Source: Elusimicrobiota bacterium (GTDB taxonomy: Bacteria > Elusimicrobiota > Elusimicrobia > UBA1565 > JACRDR01). Taken from it: a stretch of 29,682 bases of DNA. Numbering within the stretch: the stretch's first letter is position 1; each line of letters begins with the position of its first letter. The position numbers and the translations under genes were made by a program. The notes under the pieces are model-generated. The model was given only the letters and a program-made list of their open reading frames with translations. It had not been told where the DNA came from and did not search any database. Below, piece by piece: positions 8,999 to 17,975 of the stretch. The stretch covers positions 1 to 29,682 of the forward strand of contig JBGFSC010000002.1 of the NCBI GenBank assembly GCA_041694815.1, written 5' to 3'.

Positions 8999-9669
8999 CG
9001 ACGCTGGAGGAGCGGATTGGTTTCCGGTTCAAGAGGCCGGAGCTCCTCCGGGCGGCGCTGACGCATAAATCCTTCGCGTCGGAACGCCGGGAGGGGCGCT
9101 TTAACGAACGCCTCGAATTCCTTGGCGACAGCGTTCTCTCGGCCGTCGTTGCCCATCAGCTCTTCGACTTGTACGGGGATGAGGACGAGGGGCGGCTCTC
9201 GAAACGAAAGGCCTTGCTGGTCTCCAGACCAGTCCTGACGCGATGGGCCAAGGATCTGGACCTCGGATCGTACCTGCTCCTGGGAAGCGGCGAGGAGAAC
9301 TCCGGGGGCAGGCTCAGGCCGAGCATCCTCGCCAACGCCTTGGAGGCGCTCATCGGCGCCGTCTATCTGGACGGGGGCTACGCGGCGGCCTCGGACTTCG
9401 TGCACCGGTGGTTGCTGGACCAGCAGGCGAAGCTGGAGGAGACCGACCACAAGAGCCGGCTGCAGGAAATCCTGCAGAAGCGCTTCAAGTCGCCGCCGGT
9501 CTACGATACCGTCAAGGCGACAGGGCCTGACCATGACAAGACCTTCTCGGTGACGGTGCGCCTGGGCCGCCAGACGCTGGGCACCGGGCAGGGCAAGAGT
9601 AAGAAGCAAGCGCAGCAGGCGGCGGCGGCCGACGCGCTGGAGAGATTGAGAAACGAAAGCGGCACATAG
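8995..9669 (+). CDS. rnc: Ribonuclease III; start codon non-canonical or uncertain (ATA 8995 or CTG 9004)
   Basis: The frame upstream of the ORF-track start (9169) reads [23 protein letters not shown]...[12 protein letters not shown], the RNase III signature. Downstream are [10 protein letters not shown] and a dsRBD (KSRLQE...GPDH...[12 protein letters not shown]). Confidence 0.92.
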   Translation: MATLEERIGFRFKRPELLRAALTHKSFASERREGRFNERLEFLGDSVLSAVVAHQLFDLYGDEDEGRLSKRKALLVSRPVLTRWAKDLDLGSYLLLGSGEENSGGRLRPSILANALEALIGAVYLDGGYAAASDFVHRWLLDQQAKLEETDHKSRLQEILQKRFKSPPVYDTVKATGPDHDKTFSVTVRLGRQTLGTGQGKSKKQAQQAAAADALERLRNESGT

Positions 9670-9681
9670 GGAGCGACTTCT

Positions 9682-10929
9682 ATGGATTACGCACTGACGG
9701 AAACGCAGCAGGAAATCGTCAGCTTGGCCCGGCAGATCGCCCAAAAGAAGATCAAGCCGGTGCGCGAGCACTACGACCAGACCGAGGAATTCCCGTGGCC
9801 CATCATCGAGGAGTTCCGCAAGGCGGATATCCTGGGAGTGTACCTTCCGGAGGAATACGGCGGGATGGGCGGCTGCAACATGGAGTTGGTGCTGGTGACC
9901 GAGGAGATTTCCAAGGCCTGCGGCGGCATCGCCCTGTGCATCGCCACTTCCGCCCTATGCGCCATACCGATACTCTTCTTCGGGACGGAGGAGCAGCGAA
10001 AGCGCTTTTTGCCCCAAATCGCCTCGGGCAAGAAGCTGGGCGCTTTCGCGATCACGGAGCCTGGAGCCGGCTCCGACGCGACGGCGACTAAGTGCGCGGC
10101 GCGTCTGGAGGGGGACCATTACGTCCTCAACGGGATCAAGAATTTCTGCTCGACCGGCAACGCCGCCGAGATCTATACCGTCTTCGCGACCACGAATCCG
10201 CTGCGGGGCGCGAGAGGCATCTCCGCGTTCGTCGTGGAAAAGGGGACCCCGGGCTTCTCCTTCGGCAAGAAGGAGGAGAAGATGGGCATACGGGCCAGCC
10301 CCACCTACGAGCTCGTCTTCGATAACTGCCGCATCCCCAAGGACAACCTCCTCTACAAGGAGGGCTATGGCTTGTTCATCGCCCAGGCCACCTTCGACGC
10401 CTCCAGACCGGGCGTGGGAGCGCAGGCCCTGGGCATCGCGCAAGGCTGCTTGGACGAGACGATCGCCTACATCCGCCAGCGCAAGCAGTTTGGCCAGGCG
10501 GTTTCCAGCTTCCAGGCCATCCAGCACATGATGGCCGACTGCGCGACGTCGATCGAGGCCGGTCGGGCGCTGCTCTACGCGACGGCCAACGCGATGGACC
10601 GAGCCATCAAGCCGGCGGTGGCCAAGGGCATCGCGGAGGGGCGCGTCATCTACGACGTCATGAGCGAACTCGACACCCAGCGCTGGACCAAGGAATCGGG
10701 CATGTGCAAGGTCTTCTGCTCGGACACCGCCATGAAGGTCACCACGGACTGCGTGCAGATGTGCGGCGGCATCGGGTACATGCGGGACTTCCCGATCGAG
10801 AAGTACATGCGCGACGCCAAGATCACGCAGATCTACGAGGGGACCAACCAGATCCAGCGTAACGAGATCGCGATGATGATGATCAAGGAAGCCGCCGCCA
10901 AATCCAGGAAGGAGCTCGTCGCCGCTTAA
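9682..10929 (+). CDS. Acyl-CoA dehydrogenase (short-chain/butyryl-CoA type)
   Basis: AFAITEPGAGSD, KMGIRAS, RKQFGQ, GGIGY and IYEGTNQIQR (catalytic Glu); adjacent to etfBA. Confidence 0.94.
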   Translation: MDYALTETQQEIVSLARQIAQKKIKPVREHYDQTEEFPWPIIEEFRKADILGVYLPEEYGGMGGCNMELVLVTEEISKACGGIALCIATSALCAIPILFFGTEEQRKRFLPQIASGKKLGAFAITEPGAGSDATATKCAARLEGDHYVLNGIKNFCSTGNAAEIYTVFATTNPLRGARGISAFVVEKGTPGFSFGKKEEKMGIRASPTYELVFDNCRIPKDNLLYKEGYGLFIAQATFDASRPGVGAQALGIAQGCLDETIAYIRQRKQFGQAVSSFQAIQHMMADCATSIEAGRALLYATANAMDRAIKPAVAKGIAEGRVIYDVMSELDTQRWTKESGMCKVFCSDTAMKVTTDCVQMCGGIGYMRDFPIEKYMRDAKITQIYEGTNQIQRNEIAMMMIKEAAAKSRKELVAA

Positions 10930-10942
10930 AAACGGGGGGGCC

Positions 10943-11746
10943 ATGAGTCTGCATATCGTCGTCTGCGTCAAGCACACTCCGTCGGCCACAGGCGGCATCT
11001 CGATCGACGCCTCGGGCAAGGTGAAAACGGATGGGTTGCAGTACGCCATCAACCCCTTTGACGAGTACGCGGTAGAGGAGGCCCTGAGAATCAAGGAGCG
11101 CGTCGCGGGATCCACGGTGACCGCCTTGAGCGTCGGCCCCGCCCGGGCCGAGGAGGCGCTGCGCGCCGCCCTCGCCTTGGGCTGCGACGAGGGGGTTCTG
11201 CTCAGCGATCCCTCCTTCGAGGGGATCGATTCCTACGCCTCGGCCTACCTGCTATCCTTGGCGGTCAAGAAGCTCTCGGCCTCCAAGCCGGTCGGGCTGG
11301 CCCTATGCGGCAAGCAGACCAACGATAACGAATCGGGGCAGGTGGGGCAGGCGCTGGCCGCGTGGCTCGAGTGGCCCTCGGCCGCCTTGATCAAGAAGAT
11401 CCCATCCATCGACGCCCAAAAGGCCCTGGTGGAGCGCTCCATCGAGGACGGCGTCGAGACGATCGAGCTCGACCTGCCAGCCGTGCTCTCCGTTGTTAAG
11501 GAAATCAACGAGCCCCGCCTTCCCTCCCTCAAGGGCAAGATGGCGTCCAAGAAGGCCGTCATCCCCCGCTGGGGGGCGGGCGATCTGCAGGCGGACGCCG
11601 CCGTCGTCGGAGCCGCCGCTCGTGTCGTGCCCTTGGCCAGCGCGCCTCCTCCCGCCCGGGGCGGCGGGGTCTTGATCCAAGGGGCGAGCGCGCAGGAAAA
11701 GGCGGCCCAGTTGGTTGAAAAATTAAAGGAACTGAAATTCATATGA
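10943..11746 (+). CDS. etfB: Electron transfer flavoprotein beta subunit
   Basis: IVVCVK, INPFDEYAVEEALRIKE, GKQTND and NEPRLPSLKG. Confidence 0.95.
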   Translation: MSLHIVVCVKHTPSATGGISIDASGKVKTDGLQYAINPFDEYAVEEALRIKERVAGSTVTALSVGPARAEEALRAALALGCDEGVLLSDPSFEGIDSYASAYLLSLAVKKLSASKPVGLALCGKQTNDNESGQVGQALAAWLEWPSAALIKKIPSIDAQKALVERSIEDGVETIELDLPAVLSVVKEINEPRLPSLKGKMASKKAVIPRWGAGDLQADAAVVGAAARVVPLASAPPPARGGGVLIQGASAQEKAAQLVEKLKELKFI

Positions 11747-12753
11747 TCCTTTGCATCGCGGAAATCCGGCACGGGAAGCTGGTCCCAACCGTTTTCGAAC
11801 TATTAACCGCCGGGCGCAAGCTGGCGGACGCCCTGGGTTCGCCGTTGGCCGCGGCCGTCGTCGGCGGCCCGGCAGCGGCCCAGGCTGCGGCCGAAGCTGT
11901 CGCCGCGCGCGGGGCCGAGCGCGTCTACGTGCTGGCCCACGCCTCCTTGGAGCAATTCTTGGAGGAGGCGCATGCCTTGGCCTTAAAGGGGCTCATCGAG
12001 AAGGAAAAGCCCGCGCAGGTATTGCTGTCCTCCTCGGCGCTGGGCCGCTCGCTGGCCCCGAGGCTGGCCGTCTCCCTCAGGACCGGACTGGCCAGCGATG
12101 TCACGGAGGTCGCCGTCGGCCCCGACAAACATATGAGGGTGACGCGGCCCGCCTATGGTGGCAATCTCGTTACCCAGCTCTCGTTGACCGGAAGGCCCGA
12201 GATGGCCACTCTGCGCCCCATGGCCTACCCGCGCCTGGAGGCTTCCGGCAAAAAGGGAGAGATCATACCATTCGCCGTGGATCCGTCGGTCTTCAAATTT
12301 AAATCCCGGTTTGTCTCGTTCGCGCCGGAGCAGACCAGCGAGGTGGACCTCTCGTCGGCCGAGAAGATCGTCTCGGGGGGACGGGGGCTGGGCAACGCCC
12401 AAGGATTCGAGCTCATCCGCAAACTGGCGCAAGCCCTTGGCGCCGGCGTGGGCGCGAGCCGCGCTACCGTCGACGCCGGGTGGATTCCCTACCGGCATCA
12501 GGTCGGACTCACGGGCCGCACCGTGCGGCCTCGTCTTTACGTGGCCTGCGGCATCTCCGGGCAGATACAGCATCTGGCGGGGATGTCCGCCAGCGACGTG
12601 ATCGTGGCTATCAACACCGACCCGAACTGTCCGATGATGAAGCTGGCCAACTACGCGGTGCAAGGGGATCTCTACGAGATCATCCCGGCCATCATCGCCG
12701 AGCTGGCTCGGGTCCGGGGTGACGCGCCGCATCCCGCCGGCGCCGCGGCGTGA
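11743..12753 (+). CDS. etfA: Electron transfer flavoprotein alpha subunit
   Basis: RPAYGGN, IVSGGRG, GASRA, QVGLTG, GISGQIQHLAGM and AINTD; ATGA overlap with etfB. Confidence 0.96.
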   Translation: MILCIAEIRHGKLVPTVFELLTAGRKLADALGSPLAAAVVGGPAAAQAAAEAVAARGAERVYVLAHASLEQFLEEAHALALKGLIEKEKPAQVLLSSSALGRSLAPRLAVSLRTGLASDVTEVAVGPDKHMRVTRPAYGGNLVTQLSLTGRPEMATLRPMAYPRLEASGKKGEIIPFAVDPSVFKFKSRFVSFAPEQTSEVDLSSAEKIVSGGRGLGNAQGFELIRKLAQALGAGVGASRATVDAGWIPYRHQVGLTGRTVRPRLYVACGISGQIQHLAGMSASDVIVAINTDPNCPMMKLANYAVQGDLYEIIPAIIAELARVRGDAPHPAGAAA

Positions 12754-15236
12754 CGGACCGCGAATTCGAGCAACTCCACTTCCTGCGCTGCTCCAAGGCT
12801 TCCTTCGGGCCGGATATTAAGGCCATGCTCCTCGGTCGCGAGCCACGCTACGCGGCCGACCGGAGTTTCGACACCCTGCATATCAAGCTCGAACTGTCCG
12901 TCGATTTCAAGAAGCGGAGCGTAGCGGGCGCCTGCACCACGACCCTTCGGCCGTTCGTCGACGGCCTCTCACGTCTTAGCTTCGACGCGATGAAAATGCG
13001 CATCCGAGGCGCGCGGGTCCAGGGGAGGCCGGCACGCGTGCGCTATAACGGCTCCATGCTTGAAATTTTCCCGAAAAGGCCCCTGAACTCCTCCGAGGAC
13101 GCCGAAGTCGAGATTCGCTACGAGATTGTCCGTCCGGGGGCCGGACTGCATTTCGTCCTGCCGGGAAAGCACAATCCCCGCAATCCGGTGCAATTGTGGA
13201 GCCAAGGCCAGCCCGAGGATTCCCGTTATTGGTTCCCGTGCCACGACGCGCCGCACGAGAAAGCCACCAGCGAGGTCATCGCGACCGTTCCTGAGGGTTT
13301 CGTCGCGGTTTCCAATGGGGTGCTCTTGGACAGCCACCGGGACCGCGCGCGGCGCAGCGCGACCTTCCACTGGCGGATGAACCAGCCGCATTCGGTCTAC
13401 CTCATCACCCTGAGCGTGGGGCGTTTCGCGGAGATCCGCGAGCAGTGGGATCGCATACCTATTTCGTATTACTGCGAGAAGGGCCGCGAGGCCGACGCCC
13501 GGCGCGGCTTCGGCAAGACCCCCAAGGCGATGGCCTACTTCTCGAACAGCCTGGGCGTCCGATACCCCTACGAGAGGTACTCCCAGATCGCGGTGGCCGA
13601 GTATCCGGGAGGCATGGAAAACACGACGGCGACCACCCAGACCGATGCCTGCCTCATCGACGCGCGGGCGGCCCTCGACACTGAAGTCGACCTTCTCGTC
13701 GCCCATGAGCTCGCGCACCAATGGTTCGGCGACCTAGTGACATGCCGGGACTGGTCGCACGCCTGGCTCAACGAGGGTTTCGCCACTTATTTCGAGACGC
13801 TCTTCACCCTCCATGACAAGGGGATCGACGAGTTCCATTACGAGCTCAGCCGCAATCGCGACGCTTATTTTCATGAGGACGAGCAGCGCTACCGCAGGCC
13901 CATCGTCTGCGACACCTACAAGTACCCATGGGTCCTCTTTGACCGGCACCTCTACGAGAAAGGAGGTTGGGTGCTGCACATGCTGCGATACACGCTCACA
14001 GATGAACTGTGGTGGAAGGCCGTCGCGCATTACCTGCGCAAGCACCGGCACCGGAGCGTCGATACCTACGACTTGATCGAATCGATCGAGGAGGCCACCG
14101 GGAAGAACCTGCGCGCCTTCTTCGACCGCTGGGTGTTCAAGGCGGGCTACCCCAGCTTCAAGGTGCGCGCGCGCTTCGACCGCAAGAAGGGCCGAGCCAC
14201 GCTGTGGGTCCAGCAGGTCCAGCGCATTTTCGACGAGGAGCCGGCCTTCCGGCTTCCGGTCGAGTTCCGCTTCGAGGGGCGCGGCTGGAGCAGGGACTTT
14301 ACCCGGGAGCTGTCGCAAAAGGAGCACCGCCTGGAGTTCGACCTTCCCGGCGAGCCCCTATCGATCGAGTTCGATCCGAACCATTGGCTGCTCAAGAAGG
14401 TCGACTTCCGCAAATCCTTCAGCCAATGGGAGCACCAGTTGCTCCATGCCAGGACGGCCCAAAGCCGCATCGAGGCGGCGCGCGAACTCGGCCGATGGGG
14501 TAGCGCCAGGGCCGTCGACGCGCTCAAGCGGGCGGCGGCCCGCGAGCTCTTTTGGGGGGCCAAGGCGGAGATCGCGTTGGCCGCCGCCAGGGCGCGGGCC
14601 CCGATGGCCTTTCCTTTGGTCAAATCACTGCTCAAGGACCGGCACCCGAAGGTTCGCCGCGCCGCCGCGCAGGCCCTCGGCGAATTCAAGCTTCCGGAAG
14701 CGGCGTCGGCGGCGGCGGCGTTGCTCAAACGCGAAAAGAGCCTGCACGTGCAGGCCGAGGCGGCCCGCGTGCTGGGTGAATGGTGCGACCCCCGCTATTT
14801 CGCGACGCTCAAGGCCAAGCTGAGGGAGCCGTCGTACCTGGACATCCTACGCTCGGCCGCAATTGAAGCCTTGGCCCGGACCAGGGATTCGAGCATGCTG
14901 CCGGAACTTCTGCGCGCCAGCCGTCCGCCGTATTCCTACCACAGCCGCGCGTACGCGATCCGAGCCTTGGCCCAACTGACATCCTTAAGCGACACCGTCG
15001 TCGAGCATCTGGGAGGGCTCTTGGATGACCCCGACGAGCGCGTCAACCTGGCGGTGCTGGCCGCCTTGGGTAGGACGGATGACGAACGCGCGATCCCCAT
15101 CCTCGAACGGGTTCGCGACACCAGCGACAATTCCCGGCTGAGGACCTACGCCGAGGAGTCCTTGGCGCGGATCAGGGGCAGTTTGGAGCCGTCGAAAGAG
15201 GCGTCGGCCGCAGCCCGCCGTTCTCGGCGTTCCTAG
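12750..15236 (+). CDS. pepN: M1-family aminopeptidase N with C-terminal HEAT-like repeats
   Basis: GGMEN, HELAHQWFG...NEGFA zinc motif and YEKG; HEAT-like repeats (VRRAAAQALG). GTG start overlaps the etfA stop (GTGA). Confidence 0.92.
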   Translation: MTDREFEQLHFLRCSKASFGPDIKAMLLGREPRYAADRSFDTLHIKLELSVDFKKRSVAGACTTTLRPFVDGLSRLSFDAMKMRIRGARVQGRPARVRYNGSMLEIFPKRPLNSSEDAEVEIRYEIVRPGAGLHFVLPGKHNPRNPVQLWSQGQPEDSRYWFPCHDAPHEKATSEVIATVPEGFVAVSNGVLLDSHRDRARRSATFHWRMNQPHSVYLITLSVGRFAEIREQWDRIPISYYCEKGREADARRGFGKTPKAMAYFSNSLGVRYPYERYSQIAVAEYPGGMENTTATTQTDACLIDARAALDTEVDLLVAHELAHQWFGDLVTCRDWSHAWLNEGFATYFETLFTLHDKGIDEFHYELSRNRDAYFHEDEQRYRRPIVCDTYKYPWVLFDRHLYEKGGWVLHMLRYTLTDELWWKAVAHYLRKHRHRSVDTYDLIESIEEATGKNLRAFFDRWVFKAGYPSFKVRARFDRKKGRATLWVQQVQRIFDEEPAFRLPVEFRFEGRGWSRDFTRELSQKEHRLEFDLPGEPLSIEFDPNHWLLKKVDFRKSFSQWEHQLLHARTAQSRIEAARELGRWGSARAVDALKRAAARELFWGAKAEIALAAARARAPMAFPLVKSLLKDRHPKVRRAAAQALGEFKLPEAASAAAALLKREKSLHVQAEAARVLGEWCDPRYFATLKAKLREPSYLDILRSAAIEALARTRDSSMLPELLRASRPPYSYHSRAYAIRALAQLTSLSDTVVEHLGGLLDDPDERVNLAVLAALGRTDDERAIPILERVRDTSDNSRLRTYAEESLARIRGSLEPSKEASAAARRSRRS

Positions 15237-15249
15237 TTTGCTCTAGCTG

Positions 15250-15332
15250 AAAAATACTTAAAAAATAAATAGTTTTAGATAATTCCTTCCAGGGTAAGGC
15301 GCTTGCAAGGACCCCCTCGAATAATCTAAAGT
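15250..15332 (+). promoter_or_regulatory. Putative nuo operon promoter with AT-rich upstream tract
   Basis: AT-rich run at about 15250-15284 in a GC-rich background; TTGCAA (15303-15308), 18 nt, TAAAGT (15327-15332). Confidence 0.45.
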
Positions 15333-15353
15333 GAGCGTTCAACTTCCTAACGG

Positions 15354-15845
15354 ATGACAGCGCTTTTAGCCCTTTTCGGCGCCGCGGCGGTCGCCTTCGC
15401 CGTCTTGATGCTGCTACAGCGTAGCCTTCTCTCCAGCGCGCTATGCCTGCTCGCCGTTTTGTTCCAAATCGCGGCCATGTTCTTCGTCTTGAACGCGCCG
15501 CTCGTCGCGCTGATGCAGCTGCTCGTTTACGCGGGCGCCGTGATGGTTTTGCTTGTCGTCGCCGTCATGGCGTCGGGGACCAGGCTTTCTGGGCTCTGGG
15601 AGGGCTTCTCCGCGCGCCGCCTTTGGCCGCTGGCAGTATTCGGGGTGCTCCTGCTGCAGTTCATCGCCGTTTCACTGCTGGAACCGCCGGCCAGCGGGAG
15701 TCCCGGCGTCTCGCTGGATCGGGAAGCCGCGGCCCTGCTGTTCGGCCCCTATCGGCTGATGACCGAGGCCATCGGCGTGCTGGTGTTGTTGGTGTCGCTG
15801 TCCGTTCTTCCCGATCCCAAGGCGGAGGGACCTAGTGAATCCTGA
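15354..15845 (+). CDS. nuoJ: NADH-quinone oxidoreductase subunit J
   Basis: Hydrophobic protein with the QLLVYAGAVMVL motif and LFGPY...E. Confidence 0.9.
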   Translation: MTALLALFGAAAVAFAVLMLLQRSLLSSALCLLAVLFQIAAMFFVLNAPLVALMQLLVYAGAVMVLLVVAVMASGTRLSGLWEGFSARRLWPLAVFGVLLLQFIAVSLLEPPASGSPGVSLDREAAALLFGPYRLMTEAIGVLVLLVSLSVLPDPKAEGPSES

Positions 15846-16137
15846 AGCCGTGGTCTGGGCGGTGTCCGCCGCCTTGCTCATCCTCGGCCTGGCGGCGCTC
15901 GTCCTGCGGCGCCAATTGCTCGCCATGGTGCTGGGGCTGGAACTCATGATCAACGCCGCCAACCTCAATTTCGTTTTTTACGGCAGCCGTCGGCTTGACG
16001 CGGCTGCGACGGCGATCGTCCTGCTCGTCATCGCGGTGGCGGCGGCGGAGGCGGTGGTCGGCCTGTCGCTGATTCTCGCGCTGCGCGGCAAGGGCTCGGC
16101 CGCCGAGAGCTCCGAGCTGCTGGGACTGCAGGGGTGA
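15835..16137 (+). CDS. nuoK: NADH-quinone oxidoreductase subunit K
   Basis: LELMINAANLNF and VAAAEAVVGL; three TM helices. Confidence 0.93.
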   Translation: MNPEAVVWAVSAALLILGLAALVLRRQLLAMVLGLELMINAANLNFVFYGSRRLDAAATAIVLLVIAVAAAEAVVGLSLILALRGKGSAAESSELLGLQG

Positions 16138-17975
16138 GCGCCATACCCGTTTCCGCCTTCCTCGTTTTGGGCACCCCGGCGCTCGCGCTGGCCCTCGCCT
16201 TTTTCCTGTTCCACCGGCGCTTGGCGCGCAGGACGCATTGGCCGATACTCGCCTCCTGCGCCGTGGTGACGCTTGCGGCCGCGGACCTTGCGTTGAGGGC
16301 GTGGCGGGGGGAGGCTTGGGACCAGACGCTATTTACCTGGATCGTCGGCGGCCCTTGGTCGGTCGAGTTCGGGATCCGAATCGACGCCTTGTGCGTCTCG
16401 GTGCTCGCGATGGTAGCCGTCGTCGGCACGCTCATCCATGTGTACGCCGTAGGGTACATGGCCCATGATCCCGGATTCTCCCGTTTTTTCCTCTACTTCC
16501 ACCTTTTCTTCTTTTCCATGATCGGGCTGCTCGTCTCGAACAATTACCTGCAGCTCTACCTGTTCTGGGAGGGCGTGGGACTCGCGTCGTACCTGCTTAT
16601 CGGGTTTTGGTACGAGCGCGCCTCGGCGAGAGCCGCGGCCCTCAAGGCTTTTTTGACCAACCGGATCGGGGACGCCTGCTTCCTGGCGGCGGTGCTGCTG
16701 CTGCTGGCGCAATTCGGGACCGTCCAATTCTCGGAGCTCTTTGAGCGCGTCGCCTCTCGCCCCGTATCGGACCCCTGGCTGGCGTGGGCCTGCGGCCTTC
16801 TTTTCCTGGGAGCCGCGGCGAAATCGGCGCAGTTCCCGCTGCATGTGTGGCTGCCGGACGCCATGGAGGGACCGACTCCCACCTCGGCCTTGATGCATGC
16901 CGCGACGATGGTGACGGCCGGTGTGTTCCTGATGGCCCGTTCGGGGCCTTTGCTCGAGAAAGCGCCCGAGGTGCTGGGCCTCATCGCCTGGATAGGCGCC
17001 GGGACCGCGCTAGGCTCGGCCATCGTCGCGGCAATGAAGAAGGATTTAAAACGCATCCTGGCGTATTCGACGGTAAGCCATTTGGGCCTCATGATGATGG
17101 CCATCGGGGTCGGGCACGCCTTCGCCGCGGTCGCGCACTTGGTGATGCACGGATTTTTCAAGGCGCTTCTCTTCCTGTGCGCGGGAAATGTCCTGCATGC
17201 CCTGGGCCGCTCCACCGCGACGGTCGACGAGGTCGGGGGCTTGGCGCGGCGCATGCCCCTGACGGCCGCGTGCTTCGCGGTGGGAGCGCTCGCGCTGGCC
17301 GGGATCCCGCCCCTCTCTGGGTTCTTCAGCAAGGACCTGGTCCTGGAGGCCGTCGACGGGAGGGGGGACCGGCTCTTAATGGGCGCGGCCTTGGCCGTGG
17401 CGGTCGGCTCTAGCCTCTATATCTTCCGGATGTTCTGGCTCGCTTTCTTCGGGGACAGGCCCCGTCAGGGTGGGCCCCGCGCCCAATTGCACGAAAACGG
17501 CGCCTGGATGCAGATCCCCGTGCTGTTGTTGGCCTTGCTTTCCTTCGGCGCTGGCGCGGCGGCGTGGGGCGTTGGTCTGTTGCCCGCGGAGCTATCCGGG
17601 CACACCGCGGGCTTGGGGCTGTCGGCGGCGGCGGCCGGCCTCGCGCTCTCCTGCTTGCTGTTTATGGCCTGGCCGCAATGGGATTGGAACTGGCGGGAGC
17701 GCTGGCCGGGCCTAGAGCGTTGGATGGACGCCGATTTCGGCTGGCAGACCTTCGCCCATCGTGTGGTGGCGGCTCCCGCCGCCGCCTTCGCCCGCTTCGT
17801 CGCATGGAATTGGGACCGCCGCGTCCTCGACCGTTTCCTGGAATCATCGGCGGAGACCTGCCTAGGACTTTCGGAAGGCATGTCCTCCCTTTCCCGCGGG
17901 ATGCTCAACGATTATCTCTGGTGGATGGCTGCCGGGGCCGCCTGCCTGGCGGGTTGCGTGCTATGGGCTTTTTGA
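16134..17975 (+). CDS. nuoL: NADH-quinone oxidoreductase subunit L
   Basis: WEGVGLASYLLIGFW, NRIGD, KSAQFPLHVWLPDAMEGPTP and HGFFKALLFL. Confidence 0.96.
   Translation: MSAIPVSAFLVLGTPALALALAFFLFHRRLARRTHWPILASCAVVTLAAADLALRAWRGEAWDQTLFTWIVGGPWSVEFGIRIDALCVSVLAMVAVVGTLIHVYAVGYMAHDPGFSRFFLYFHLFFFSMIGLLVSNNYLQLYLFWEGVGLASYLLIGFWYERASARAAALKAFLTNRIGDACFLAAVLLLLAQFGTVQFSELFERVASRPVSDPWLAWACGLLFLGAAAKSAQFPLHVWLPDAMEGPTPTSALMHAATMVTAGVFLMARSGPLLEKAPEVLGLIAWIGAGTALGSAIVAAMKKDLKRILAYSTVSHLGLMMMAIGVGHAFAAVAHLVMHGFFKALLFLCAGNVLHALGRSTATVDEVGGLARRMPLTAACFAVGALALAGIPPLSGFFSKDLVLEAVDGRGDRLLMGAALAVAVGSSLYIFRMFWLAFFGDRPRQGGPRAQLHENGAWMQIPVLLLALLSFGAGAAAWGVGLLPAELSGHTAGLGLSAAAAGLALSCLLFMAWPQWDWNWRERWPGLERWMDADFGWQTFAHRVVAAPAAAFARFVAWNWDRRVLDRFLESSAETCLGLSEGMSSLSRGMLNDYLWWMAAGAACLAGCVLWAF

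Noticed and set aside
9955..11115. Long antisense ORFs (386 aa here; also 19666-20634, 23954-24892, 8968-9771, 27167-27958 and others)
   Set aside because: Shadow ORFs expected opposite high-GC coding genes; no motifs, and fully overlapping confident genes.
14440..15180. HEAT-repeat tail of the aminopeptidase as a novel fusion
   Set aside because: M1 peptidase plus HEAT/PBS-lyase-like repeats is a known architecture.
17564..17962. ORF-track N-terminal extensions of nuoM (likewise nuoA, nuoB, nuoC, nuoH and nuoI)
   Set aside because: They overlap the preceding gene in another frame. Homology begins at the coupled starts used in the feature list.
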